NCBI GenBank assembly: GCA_028023455.1
Contig: JAQFVV010000008.1
Location: 12,214,001-12,278,000, forward strand
Direction of reading: 5' to 3'
DNA: 64,000 nucleotides
From: Epiperipatus broadwayi
Lineage: Eukaryota > Animalia > Onychophora
Positions within the stretch are counted from its first letter, which is position 1; each line of letters begins with the position of its first letter. The position numbers were made by a program, and so were the translations under genes. The notes beneath the pieces are model-generated. The model was not told where the DNA came from. It saw only the letters and a list, made by a program, of their open reading frames with translations, and ran no database searches. Shown here piece by piece: positions 52,570 through 64,000 of the stretch.

Positions 52570-55500
52570 TGTGCCCTTTTGTATGGGTCACCATCTGATT
52601 TTTGTGCTAATATCTTAAAAATTTTAAATTTAAGCTATATTTGAATATGTGATGTTAATTTTGCTTATGGTAATATTTCAAAAAGTTTAATTAAAGCAAT
52701 CTATGAGTATTTGATATGTGAAATTGTGCTGATATTGAGAGAGACATTTTAAATGATGATGATTATAATATATGGTTGGGAAAAAATGGCCATAATCAAT
52801 ACTGCATTAATATATTTAATAAATAGGTATTTAAAGCTAAAAGTGTTTAAAAGACAAGTAAGAATAAATGCATATATTTATTGTTGATAAAATAATAATA
52901 TAAAAGAATATAAATATTTTAATTATTGTAAGTACTTAAATAAAAGACTAATATTTGATTTTAATAATATTGGATAATTATTTTAAAATCTATTATAATA
53001 TCTTATTTATTTAAAAAATATTTATTTTAAAAAATGCAATTGTTGGTTTATTTTTAGACGATAACAAGCGTTTCTTGTGTTGTAGTAGAAACAGATGTTA
53101 GTTAAATATACACAAACATGCTTGGAAGTTATTTAGCAAAGTTGCAAAACTATTTTAAAAATCATGTTGTAAAATTTATAAATAATACGTGAGCTATCAC
53201 GAGATAAAAATAAAGATATTCAATGTGAAATATTAAATCTGATTTTAAAATATTGTTTTAAAAATATGACGTATAAAAAAATACTTAGTTTATTTTAAAT
53301 AATCTTATAAAAGTTAAAATTAAAATCAAGTAAGTAAGAATATTTTAAAAGAATGTTTAATAAATTTAAATGAACGATAAAGATTATTTTAGAAATTTAA
53401 TAATGTAATAAATATTAAATATTAAATAAGTCATTATTTATTTTTAATTTTGTGTTGTTGGTAAATATGTAAATAAGCCAGCAAATTGATTGTTTAAATG
53501 TACCAATCAAATGGGAAGTTTCTTCCGGTATAAAAGCTCAGTTCAATTGTTAGGAGAGGACTCTGTGATTGATTTTTCAAGTTAATTGTGTTATTAAAAA
53601 TAGCTACGTAAATTTTGTAGACGCTTTTAAAATCATTTTTCAAAATTATAAGAGTGTCTTGTAAATAAGTTATAAAAGTTTTAAATGATAGACATGCAGT
53701 GTTAATTTAATTTTCCCTATCGATCGTCTCTATATCAAGCTCAATTTACAAGCAAATAGTCATGGGAACATCATATATAGTGAAAATATATCGGAAACTT
53801 TATACTAAAAGTATGACAAACGCTGGATTAGTTCGGATAATTACGAGATGGAGAAAAGTAATATTTTGGATAGTATATAATTTTAAAAGCTAATTGCTAT
53901 TGACTATTAGAAAATTAAATACTTTAAAGAATAAAATACTTCTTTATAAAGAAAGTATTTTGTAAGATATAAATTTATATATATTTTAAGGAAAGATATT
54001 AGAAATGAAAGTAGCTTTGAATACTTGCCTTGTTAAGTCTTTATGATTAAAAGACTGAATGTGGACAATTTTAAAAAGGCAAATAGATTAAAAATATATT
54101 TAGCTAGAAATCTTAATATAATAAAGATTATTATATTGAAATAATTTAAACGCTGGTTGTTTAGATGAAAAAGCTTATTCTTACCTGGATATTTTGTTAA
54201 GAGATGCGCAAGTGGACGTCCCAGTTAATTTAAAATAATTAAATGATAGTTTTTCATAAAACTAAAGACTAAGCTAAAATAATAACTTTTGAATAATATT
54301 TTAAAAATAACTAAATCAGGATCCTATAAACTATTTTAATTTATTTTATTTTCTTGTGGGGAACTTATTTTAAAAAAAAGAACATTTTCGTTTTCATAAA
54401 CTTTTAAAAAACACGTGATGGACCGGAAACAGGAAATGGTGTTCTAGTAAATATGTGCCTAGTATTAAAGAACTGTATGGTGAAAAGGAAACATCGCTGG
54501 AATTACGTAATATGAATTCTGTTTATCTATCTAATATAAAATTTAAATATTATTAATTTATTAAAACAAGATAGGTACATTTTCTTAAAATAATAACTAA
54601 AAAATAATATAATGATTAATTGCATAAGTTTATTTTATAATTAATATAATACGGAATATGTTAAAGAATGATCGTGAGTGTAAATGTGAATTATTTTTTA
54701 TGAAGCTGTAATTCCGAAGATTATTGGAAGATGGACTGTACATTAAATCATTATTGATGGTAAAACTTGTATAATAATAATAATTTTGATGTATTGATAT
54801 GTTTTCTTTAGATCAACCAAATATTGTGTTGTTTTGAATGAATGTATGATTATTTTAAAAATACACACACATTATATTGGCAGTAACAGTTTTATTTAAA
54901 TATGCATAATTTGAATTTATGATATAAATATGACACAACATTACATAAGAAGCTTAGAAATAATTATATGATTCTTTCGTAAATAAATTTTGATTTTGAT
55001 TTTTATTATTATTATGTTGGAGTATTAGAATTATATTTATTATTCATATAAGTAATTATTTTATTTCAAGTTAGGAAGAGATCTCAAAGTCTATATTTTA
55101 TTTTTATTTTATTGGATAAATTAAGTTAGGTTTTATGTAGAAGTTTATGTTTGAATTAAAGGTTTACTGGATATAAATGACGTAGTATAAATAATTTGGA
55201 TAATTAATATTTATTTAGAGTTGAAGGTTGTTTTCCCGGAATTTAGATAAGTTTTAGAGGATGTTTTGTAGATAAAAGTTTAGTAAAAAGGAGTAGAATA
55301 ACACATAAAGTAAAGTAATAATTTCACACAGAAAAGAATCATAAAATTTATCTAATATAGTGCTTTATGAATTTGAAATTGATGAATACTTTAAATATTA
55401 TTATTTTAACAGTACATATATGTAATGCATATTTGATAAAACATATAACATAAATTGCAATAAGTGAAATATAAAATTATAATCAATTCTTTGTTATTAC

Positions 55501-56604
55501 ATTACAAGGATACATTAGTTTCTATATTATGCTATTAAAGTAATGCTGATAGTAAAGTAAACACATACTAGTACATGATGAAATGAATAACAGTAATACT
55601 TAAGTGATGTAGCAATTTAATTAATAAAGTTTAATTGTTTACATATGCTACATAAATATTGTTTACATAAATCTTGATTTGTAATAATTAAGGTTCAATG
55701 ATATTTATTTAAAGCCTAAGTTTTAAAAACATACTTCAATGTTATTAGTATATCATTTTAAAAGAATGTATAGATTATTTAGTAGGAGTATGAGCTAATA
55801 ACAGTGTAAACATCTTGTATTATTATTTTCTTATTTTTTATTTTCTTTTGTTTTCCTAATTTGAACTGTAAATATTGTAAATAAATTCTTAGTCAAAGTT
55901 AATGTAAATAAATTTGTTTAATTTGTTTTAAAAGTGTGTCGAGTTCATTATTTTGCACCACAGCATTTGACAGCAGATAATTTGAAGAAACATAATATTT
56001 GCACAATGTGAATTTATTAATATTATTTTAGAAATAAATATAATATTTTCCTGATTATCATTTATGAGAATTGATTGACATTATTACATTATATTACAAT
56101 GGTCATAGAGTAATTATAATGCATAATATAAGAGTACAATATTATTTATTACCACAGATTATTAAATTATAAAATTTTGATCTATTCCAAAATTAAGATA
56201 CTATATGAAAATAAAAGATAGTCATGTTATTATTATTTAATGATTGATGATATAATAGGAATAGATAAGGTTAAGTTATACCCTAAGAGTATTATTATTA
56301 TTATTATTATTAAAATAAGTTAGGTGTATTTAAGTTTGATATAAAATCCCATATCATACTTATTTACATGAGTTATCATTACTTTAAGATAATTAGAAGA
56401 ACCTGAGATTATTTAATTATATTTTAAAAATTAAAAGTTAAGATTTATTTATTTTATTATTAATAAAGATAATTTATTTTATTTTAAAAAGCAAAAATTA
56501 AATAATAAGAAGGAATTAAATTAGGTATAAAAAATTAATTATTATAATATAAATTAAAAATAATGAAATTATATTAATAAAATATAAAAAAAAAAAAATA
56601 AAAA
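52570..56604 (+). mobile_element. Unclassified ~4.0-kb poly(A)-ended insertion in the 5' LTR
   Basis: The 3' LTR is contiguous at GAAATAAT-TATATATATA-ATGATTATATAAATAAC (59785-59820). In the 5' LTR the same halves lie at ~52550-52569 and 56605-56630, with (TA)n on both sides and an A-rich tail at 56577-56604. Confidence 0.65.
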
Positions 56605-57037
56605 TATATATAATGATTATATAAATAACTGTGTAACAATGTTATTAGGTTATACAGTTGCACAGCTGGCCTATATGGTTAGGGAACTTTAAAAAACATC
56701 ATATATGGTAAGGTATATGTCAAAAGTGTCATATATGGTAAAGTATGTAAAAAAACACCATATTTGTTAAAGTTTGTAAAGACTCCAGAAGTCTTGAGGT
56801 ATATATAAACCCCCAGAACCTAGTCTATATATTCTGGTATAAATGTAATTCAGAGAATCTTGGCTCTGTAAGTCCAAAAGCAGGACTAGGGTTTATTATG
56901 TGCAGATCATTGCAACCTTTTATTATTTTAATGCACTTAAATAGCCTATGTACATTTGTAAATATGCTCGTACGTTATTTAAATTAAACTATTAGCTTAT
57001 CATCTCAACTCTGTCTTTGTCAATGGACACAGGAAAT

Positions 57038-57170
57038 TGGCACAGTCATTATAGGAATCAAATCTTGAGTAATTGACTGAACAGCAAATTGGCGCAATCA
57101 TCATAGGAGTTGAATGTTAAGTAATTGTTTGAACAGCAAACTGGATCAGTTGTCACTGGATTTGAACTAA
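57038..57170 (+). promoter_or_regulatory. Degenerate primer-binding site (tRNA-Ser-like) within three ~52-bp tandem units
   Basis: TGGCACAGTC...TAGGA 3 nt after the 5' LTR end, TGGCGCAATC...TAGGA one unit later; resembles TGGCG(C/T)AGTCGG(C/T)AGGA, the complement of tRNA-Ser 3' ends. Confidence 0.45.
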
Positions 57171-59907
57171 CAGAGAAAATGGCGGGCATATGACAAGTTG
57201 GTATATGCAAATTGAATGTGGATAAAGTGATTGGCCACTGTATGTTCAGTGAATAAAATATTACACAAAGTAGTATAACTAAGAATACTGTAAAACTAGC
57301 CTCTTTACTTCGCAGGCCAAAGAGTAATCGAGATAGCTATGAAGATTCGTCGGAGACACAGAAATATGATGAACTTGTAACAAGGCTAAATGATTATTTC
57401 AACTCCCAGTCATTCAAGTTTATTGCTCGATTACATTTTAGAGGCAAAAGACAAAGGAAAAATGAACAAATAAAAGATTACGACATGAACCTAAGAGAGA
57501 TGGCAAAATCGTGCCTTTATGACAAATTTTTAGAAGAAGCTCTCCTCCAGTAACTATTATATGGGCTAATAGATGATCAGGCTTAGGCAAATATTATTAG
57601 GAGTAAAAGACTTAACTTATGAGGAAGCAATTGGACATGGAACAGCTCATGAACTACTACTTGATCAAGCGGGAAAGTTCAGAAGTTTCACAAGACCTTC
57701 AAGCTATAATTTATAAAATGCCGGCAGTTGAATCTAAAACAGACAAACAAGTTAAAGATTTCTGATGCAAAAAAAAATTGGTCACAAGGCCCGTGACTGC
57801 AATAAGCAAGAAAGTGAAAGTTGTAGGAAAATAACTGATAACCCGAAAGATGGCACCACCATATGAAGCCGAACAGAAAAATTACTTGCAGTACAATGGA
57901 AAGTAGCTACATAAAAAATGCTACCATAGATGAATCAGATCAAATTATGCTAAATATATAAATAATCGGCAAACCAATAACCATGGCAATCGATAAATGG
58001 GGTAAGAGTATCACTGATGAAAAGCAGGAATTGGAAAAGTCTAGTTAAGAATTTAAAATTCATCCCAAAAGTAGAGAAAACTCACATCAAGGCCTGGGAT
58101 GCTAGCAAAAATCCTATAAGAATATTAGGAGCTGCAAAACCTAAAGATAGAAACAAAGAAGTGTAAAGAAATACTACCATTATACATAGTGAGCGGAGAA
58201 ATTAACCCAATCGTAGACCAAGAATGATTTGCACCCTAGGAATAAGGATTCGCATCATTAAAAAAAATCAATATAGAATCACAGGATAAAATTATATCGC
58301 ATGCGGACACATCTAGATGCCCAGAGAAAGCCGAATTGCCTAGGGCAGAAGCCTATGTAAATTATATTGATTAGCTAGCATAAAAACTATCAATAGACTA
58401 ACAATAGCAGAATGGACTAATGCAGATGTTGTCTACAGAATTCATAAAAAAATTGAATAGGGAGCAAAGTACCCTTTAGATGTCCTCCCTACTTAAATAA
58501 AGGACTACGGAAAGTATGCGAGAGGTTGTCCATAAATAAAGGCTGTATATTGATGGACGACAGTCATGCATGAGTACTTAGATTATTAGATCAGGATTAT
58601 CTAGGAATAGTTAGAGCTAAAATCCTGGCAGACAACTATGTATGGTGGCCATGAATAAATAGAGATCTCAAGCTGTATATTAAAAAGTGCAAGGAGTGTC
58701 AAATCACAGCTGATCAAGCACCAAAAAAATATATCTCATGGCCTATCCCAGAGAAAGCTTGGGAAATAATTCACATTAACCATGCTGGTCCATTTAAAGA
58801 ACATTATTAGTAGTGATGGATTCATATAGTCGTTGGACTGAATACTGAATTATAAAAAATATTAGTTTGTCTGCAACTATCGAGAAACCTAAGGAGATAT
58901 TCACTACACACGGAACACTAAAAATCTTTGTATCAGATAATGGTATTGCTTTCTGCTTGGAGAAATTCAAAGATTTTATTAACGAATGGGGATAGAACAT
59001 ATAAAATCACCAACATATCACCCCGAGTCAAATGGAATTGCCAAGGAAGTCCAAAACAAGAAAAAAAACTTAAGCAAGGTTAATGAAGCCTTATTTGAAA
59101 TAGTGTTTGAACATTGTATGCTATCTAGTACTACTGGGATTTCCCAGCTTTCCCAGCTGAGCTTTGTTTCAAAGAAAAATGATGAATAAATTGTCAATCT
59201 TGTTACCTACCAGACAAAAAATTAATGAGCTACTAATGATGAAGAAAATTTGAAATAGGTGACAATGTTTCGTCAATGAATAAATTTTAAAAAAGTTGGG
59301 TGAAAGCAACCATCACTAGAAATATTGCAATGCAACTGGCAGAAATTGAAACTGAAGAGGGCATAAAACTTTGAAAGCGTAATAACCAGCTGAGAAGATG
59401 ATATCTGTTGACTTAAAATAATGGAAACAGTGAAGAAACAATTGGCAACAACATTGAAGCATGAACTACAGCATCAACCAGACTGGAGATCTATGATCCC
59501 AAAGGAAAAGAATTGTTGATGATTGGAGACTTTCGAAAATGAGATAGCTATTCTGAAATCACTATCGAGGAGCATCAAAGAACACCAGCATCCAAAAGAA
59601 CCAGAAACCATCCTGCTCATCTCAAAGATTATGTTAGGTGAAGAATCATACTTGTGGAGTTGGGGAGGAGTGCAGTGTTTAAGATCAAGCAAGGAATATA
59701 TATGTGTGTGCAATAATAAATGTATAATAATTGTGTAGAATAAAAATAATAACTTTGTACAATAATTATGTATAATGATTGTGTGAAATAATTATATATA
59801 TAATGATTATATAAATAACTGTAACAAGAAATATGTATGTTGTTAGGTCATAGAGTTGTGTAGCTGGACTTATATGTCGGAGAATTGAAAAAATGTCTTA
59901 TATGGTA

Positions 59908-60743
59908 TTTGTGGATTAAAATGGGAAACTAAAGGAGTGAAAGTAAATGGAGATTATTTAAGTCATTTAGATTTCGCAGATGATGTAGTTGTTTTTGCAA
60001 ATAATGCTTAAGAGCTGCAGGAAATGTTGCAGGAGTTATCAGATGAAAGTAGGACTAAAGATAAATGTTAAAAAGACTAAAGTAATGTTTAATCGATTTG
60101 CTCAAAATATGAAAATAAAGATTGATTATGATGAATTAGAAGTTAACAGTTATAAATACCTTGGTCAGATTATTAATACAGATGGAAACATAATGGAGGA
60201 AATTAATCATAGAATTAAACTTGGCTGGAGTGCTTTTGGTAGAAATAACTTGATGCTAAAAGGAAATATGCCTATGTGTTTGAAAAGGAAGGTTTTTAAC
60301 AAATGTGTTTTACCAGTTCTTACTTATGGATCTGAGACTTGGACACTTAATAGAAGAGCAATACAGAGCCTTCAGACCACTCAAAGAAGTATGGAGAGAT
60401 TTATGTTGGGAGTAAGAAGAAGAGATCGAAAATGCAATATATTGGTAAGAAAACAAGCAGGTGTTACTGACCTCATTGAAAAAATTAAAAGATTGAAATG
60501 GAGTTGGGCTGGTCATATTGTTAGAAGAGATGATAACAGATGGACAATTGGAATTTTAAACTGGATTCCAAGAGATTGTAAAAGACCCAGAAAGAGATCA
60601 CATGTGAGATGGATGGATGAAATAAGAAAGTGTGTAGGGGTGATGTGGAGAAGGGAAGCTAAAGATTGGAGAAGATGGATTGGACTTGGAGAGACCTTCA
60701 TCCTGCAGTTGATTGATAATGGTTGATAATGATGATGATGATG
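59908..60743 (+). mobile_element. Relatively young 5'-truncated RTE retrotransposon inserted in the Gypsy 3' LTR
   Basis: KVNGDYLSHLDFADDVVVFA, YKYLGQ...RIKLGWSAFG...CVLPVLTYGSETW...LKWSWAGHIVRRDDNRW...RPRKRSHVRW (ORF 59989-60726), (GAT)n tail; LTR sequence resumes at ATGTAAAAAAAAC. Confidence 0.9.
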
Positions 60744-61385
60744 TAAAAAAAACCCGCCATATTTGGTAAAGTTTGTAAAAACTCCAGAAGTCTTGAGAGG
60801 TATATACACCCCCAGAACCTGGTCTATATGTTCTGGTATTAATGTAATTTAGAGAATCCTGCCTCTGCAAGTCCAAAATCAGGATCTGGGTTTATTATAT
60901 ACAGGTCACCATGACCTTTTATTATTTTAATGTGCCTCAAATAGGCTATGTACATTTGTAAATATATTTATACGTTATTTAAATTAAACTATTAGCTTAC
61001 CATCTCAATTGTCTACTTGCTGCTCACAGGACACAGCACATAGTATTTATAAAAGATTTTTTGGGATAATTTGAAACTATAAAATCTGCTTCAAGCAAAT
61101 AAATAACGTTTTTTAATAATAAATTAATTTTATAAAGTTATTTATTTCAAAAAACCTAATAACTAATACTTGATTAATATTAATATCGATTTTTTTTTTT
61201 AATAAACAAACTATCAGTTAAGTTATAATTTATGTGCACTGTAATTTAGTAAATAATCATTAAATTGCTTCTTATTTCTAATTTTTAATAGACTTTGATT
61301 CTATTGCTTTTACTTATCTATCATTTATTTTATCTGGTTTCTTGAAAAATAACAGATCATTGGAGTCATCTTATAGTCAACCTAA

Positions 61386-61488
61386 TTTTTTTTCTTTCTC
61401 ATGTGTCATAGCATCAGCCGGGAAGCGAACCCGCTATCCCAGGACAACTGCTTGTAAAGCAGCTGCCGCTGACCTCTCGCCCACCAAT
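61386..61488 (-). mobile_element. tRNA-derived SINE, second copy
   Basis: Reverse complement TTGGTGGGCGAGAGGTCAGCGGCAGCTGCTTTACAAGCAGTTGTCCTGGGATAGCGGGTTCGCTTCCCGGCTGATGCTATGACAC plus A-rich tail; B-box-like GGTTCGCTTCC. Confidence 0.75.
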
Positions 61489-63147
61489 GCATGGTTATTG
61501 TTAATCAACCAATATGGGTATGTAAATAAATGCTTGATTATTGTTAGTTAGAGAATAAAATTTCCAGACTAATCTGAGTTGATCAGATGATTGTCTTACT
61601 AACTGTAAAAACAAAAGAAGCAATTATTGTGTTGGGAAGTGATGTAATACTCATAGTTCATAATTAAATATTTATAATTATACTCAACGTTTATAAACTT
61701 TTATTAATAAGCATATATGTTTTTCTCATGTACATTTGATTATCAATCATTAATAATTAACTTTATTTATTATTATGACATTAATAATATTTTATGAACT
61801 ATTAATGATGTTGAAATGATTAGCTTTCAGATTTAATTGTTGATAATGATATATCCATTGAAATGGCTGTGAATTAATTTCACCTATGAAATAGTTTCGT
61901 TTAATTTGAAATAATATTGATGATAAAAGCTACTTTACATAAAGAATGACATCTAAAAGATGAACTGTCAGTTAAAAATGATTAAATCAATAACAAAAAC
62001 AGTCGTCATTATTTGTAATAATTACTGGCCATTATTTTTCATTTTTCTAATAATTGATTTTTCTATATTATTGATACTTTTTTTACTCAAACCATAGAGA
62101 AATGCCATAAGTTTCTATAATCATGAACCAAAAGTTAAACTGTTGTCAAAAAAGCATGTCACTTTTTATTTTATGACTCATAGAGTAAAGATGAAAGCTA
62201 TTAAAGAAAAGCCTTGCTTTACAGTCTCTAATAATAAACAGTTTAATAATCAAGAAATGCAAAAACTCTCTACAATTATATTCAAAATTTGGAAAATACT
62301 GTATACATATACACAATTTTCAAAGATATGTGGAAGAATTTGTCTTCAAGGTCAATGCAGAAAAAAATATTTAATTGCAAGAAACTTATAGTGAAAAGCC
62401 TTGGGAAATACTAGGCATTAGTGGAATTAGTATGACTAAATTAAAGTTTAAAGAAGCCTTTTTGTGACTTCAGGATTTTTATTCTTCAACATATTAAACC
62501 AAACATACAGCGCAAACATCATATTTATAAACTTATTGCTCTTAAAGAAGTGTCAGGCATCAAAAATATGATTTTTATTATATTAGTATTATCGTATTAT
62601 TTTTTTAATTTAATGGTAAGCTTTTGAATGAAAGTTTTTATTTCTATTTTCAGCTTATAAATAAATTAATTTATCACTTTGTTGTTATTACATCACAAAT
62701 TGTGTAGAAAAATAAAAAATAATGACAATTAGTTCTTAGCAGTGATTAATGCATAAATTTGATCTGCTTTGTTTTTCATTCTAGTGAAGCTTGACAGTTT
62801 TTTTAAGCAGATAACTCAGCGAATTATCTATTGATTAAACATGTTTTTTGGATGTTTTTATCTGGAGAATAAAGGGTCTTAGGGTAATCTGGATTTGTCA
62901 TATATTGTCTATATGATATAAATTTTCATCCTTCTAAGATATCTTACAATATAGACATTGTATGGTTTGTTTTTATTTTTGCTCACTTTTCTATAATATT
63001 ATAGCGGAATAATATTGTGAAAAACTTCGCTAGTAATTTGTTATGTTTAGCTAGATTTAGATTTATTGGTAAAATACCAGTCAAATTAATTTGATTTTTG
63101 AAATATAAAAATTTTGTAGTCTCTACATTTACTTATTTAATATTTAG

Positions 63148-63365
63148 ATTGGTCATCCAAAACCAGGTTTATCCTACAATGGAGGCTGTTACTCTGCTTA
63201 TTTGCCAGCTAATGCTGAAGGTCATAAAATTTTAGAACTACTTCGAAAAGCCTTTGAGCAAAAATTGATTTTTACAATTTCAAGAGCTATGTATTCTGGC
63301 GATCAGGAATATGTTACATGGAATGGTATTGATCATAAAACATCAATGACAGGAGGAAAATTGGT
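63148..63365 (+). CDS. DTX3L-like: Deltex/DTX3L-like gene exon: DTC domain core
   Basis: Acceptor TATTTAG| at 63147 (phase 0, matches previous exon). IGHPKPGLSYNGGCYSAYLPANAEGHKILELLRKAFEQKLIFTISRAMYSGDQEYVTWNGIDHKTSMTGGKL. Donor GTAAG at 63366 (alternative GT at 63364). The expected GYPD terminal exon is not seen in the window. Confidence 0.9.
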
Positions 63366-63498
63366 GTAAGAATTTTTAATTTTTTTTTGTAGTATATTTA
63401 AGAAATTATTTTATCAATATTAAAAATCATTGTAATGTATCTTACTCTTTGAAAACTACACACATTCTTTTTATAGATTGTGGCAAAAGTTTTCCAAG

Positions 63499-63965
63499 AT
63501 GACATTAAAAAGGCTTTGGGAATCAATGTGTGGAAATCTTCAAGAATGAAGAGAATCTCATGATCAAAACCAAGCAAATTGGGTTAATGAAAATGTGTAA
63601 AAAGTCTTATTTAATAAATATAAAAAAATTCCCACAGAAATGAAAAGCTGATACTTCAGTAATGTCTCGTTCATCCTTCTCAGGAGTTTTAACTATGAAA
63701 AAATTTGCTACAGTGTTTTTGACTTGTATAAAGAAGATATTATTGTTTTAGAAATGATTGTAACTGTTCTTAAACATAATACTAGCTCCAAGTAGGATAA
63801 AAGGGACTTCATCAAAATATCAACTACCAAGGAAAAATTTTCTAATTGTTATCAGATTCTTTTAAAAGACTTTGAATTAGAATCCATATAGTTCTGATTA
63901 TAATAAATTTCACCTGTTGTTAAGAATATCTATGCAATGTTCTCCAAAGCCTTTTTAAATGTCAT
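63499..63965. repeat. ~30-bp inverted repeat pair bounding ~470 bp
   Basis: ATGACATTAAAAAGGCTTTGG (63499) vs CCAAAGCCTTTTTAAATGTCAT (ends 63965). Confidence 0.55.
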
Positions 63966-64000
63966 ATATATATATATTATGGTACATATATACATTGTAC

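Larger units (their letters stand above)
52450..61038 (+). mobile_element. Gypsy-like LTR retrotransposon (gag-protease-integrase, RT/RNase H largely deleted) with both LTRs interrupted
   Basis: 5' LTR 52450-52569 + 56605-57034; 3' LTR 59671-~59907 + ~60741-61038. Termini TGCAGTGT...ACACAGCA, PPT GGGGAGGAG at 59662-59670. Gag-like SDWPLYVQ (~57230), integrase NYVWWP*INRDL..YIKKCKECQ, WEIIHINHAGPF, FVSDNG, YHPESNGIA (58600-59050). No TSD found. Confidence 0.85.

Noticed and set aside
58011-58040. CACTGATGAAAAG and other isolated CTGATGA hits (35214, 40315, 51812)
   Set aside because: No stem II-GAAA-stem III geometry.
60310-60876. Minus-strand ORFs 60310-60516, 60513-60809, 60598-60876
   Set aside because: Antisense of the RTE 3' end and LTR; the His run is the (GAT)n tail.
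52445-61043. TSDs for the two LTR elements
   Set aside because: Flanks TTTAC/CATAG here and CATAA/ACTAA for 42191-44314 do not match, so none is claimed.
61403-61488. Functional tRNA gene
   Set aside because: No acceptor stem, extra bases before the B-box, A-rich tail and a TSD-flanked relative indicate a SINE.
63476-63600. Possible terminal DTC exon after TTTTTATAG at ~63477
   Set aside because: No GYPD...EL motif in any frame; the last exon is probably outside the window.

Overview
Very AT-rich, repeat-dense eukaryotic DNA, consistent with an invertebrate animal; the taxon cannot be determined from sequence alone. One host gene is supported: a plus-strand Deltex/DTX3L-like E3 ligase with a macrodomain fused upstream of RING-HC and the Deltex C-terminal (DTC) domain. 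It has three well-supported, phase-compatible exons (22343-23027, 46001-46542, 63148-63365), a candidate ATG exon (9778-9816), introns of about 12.5, 23 and 16.6 kb, and a last exon probably beyond the window. The introns and flank hold decayed retroelements: two RTE families, four Penelope-like (GIY-YIG) pieces, another LINE, two LTR/Gypsy derivatives with nested insertions, a roughly 100-bp tRNA-derived SINE, a MITE-like foldback and tandem arrays. Best leads: (1) the macro-RING-DTC fusion, with apparently altered ADP-ribose-handling motifs; (2) a dispersed 150-bp element headed by a minimal hammerhead ribozyme, plus a U3-A8 variant hammerhead after a Penelope ORF; (3) an unclassified 4-kb poly(A)-ended insert that splits a Gypsy LTR at a (TA)n site. 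All alignments and translations were done by eye, and TE boundaries are approximate unless exact motifs are cited.
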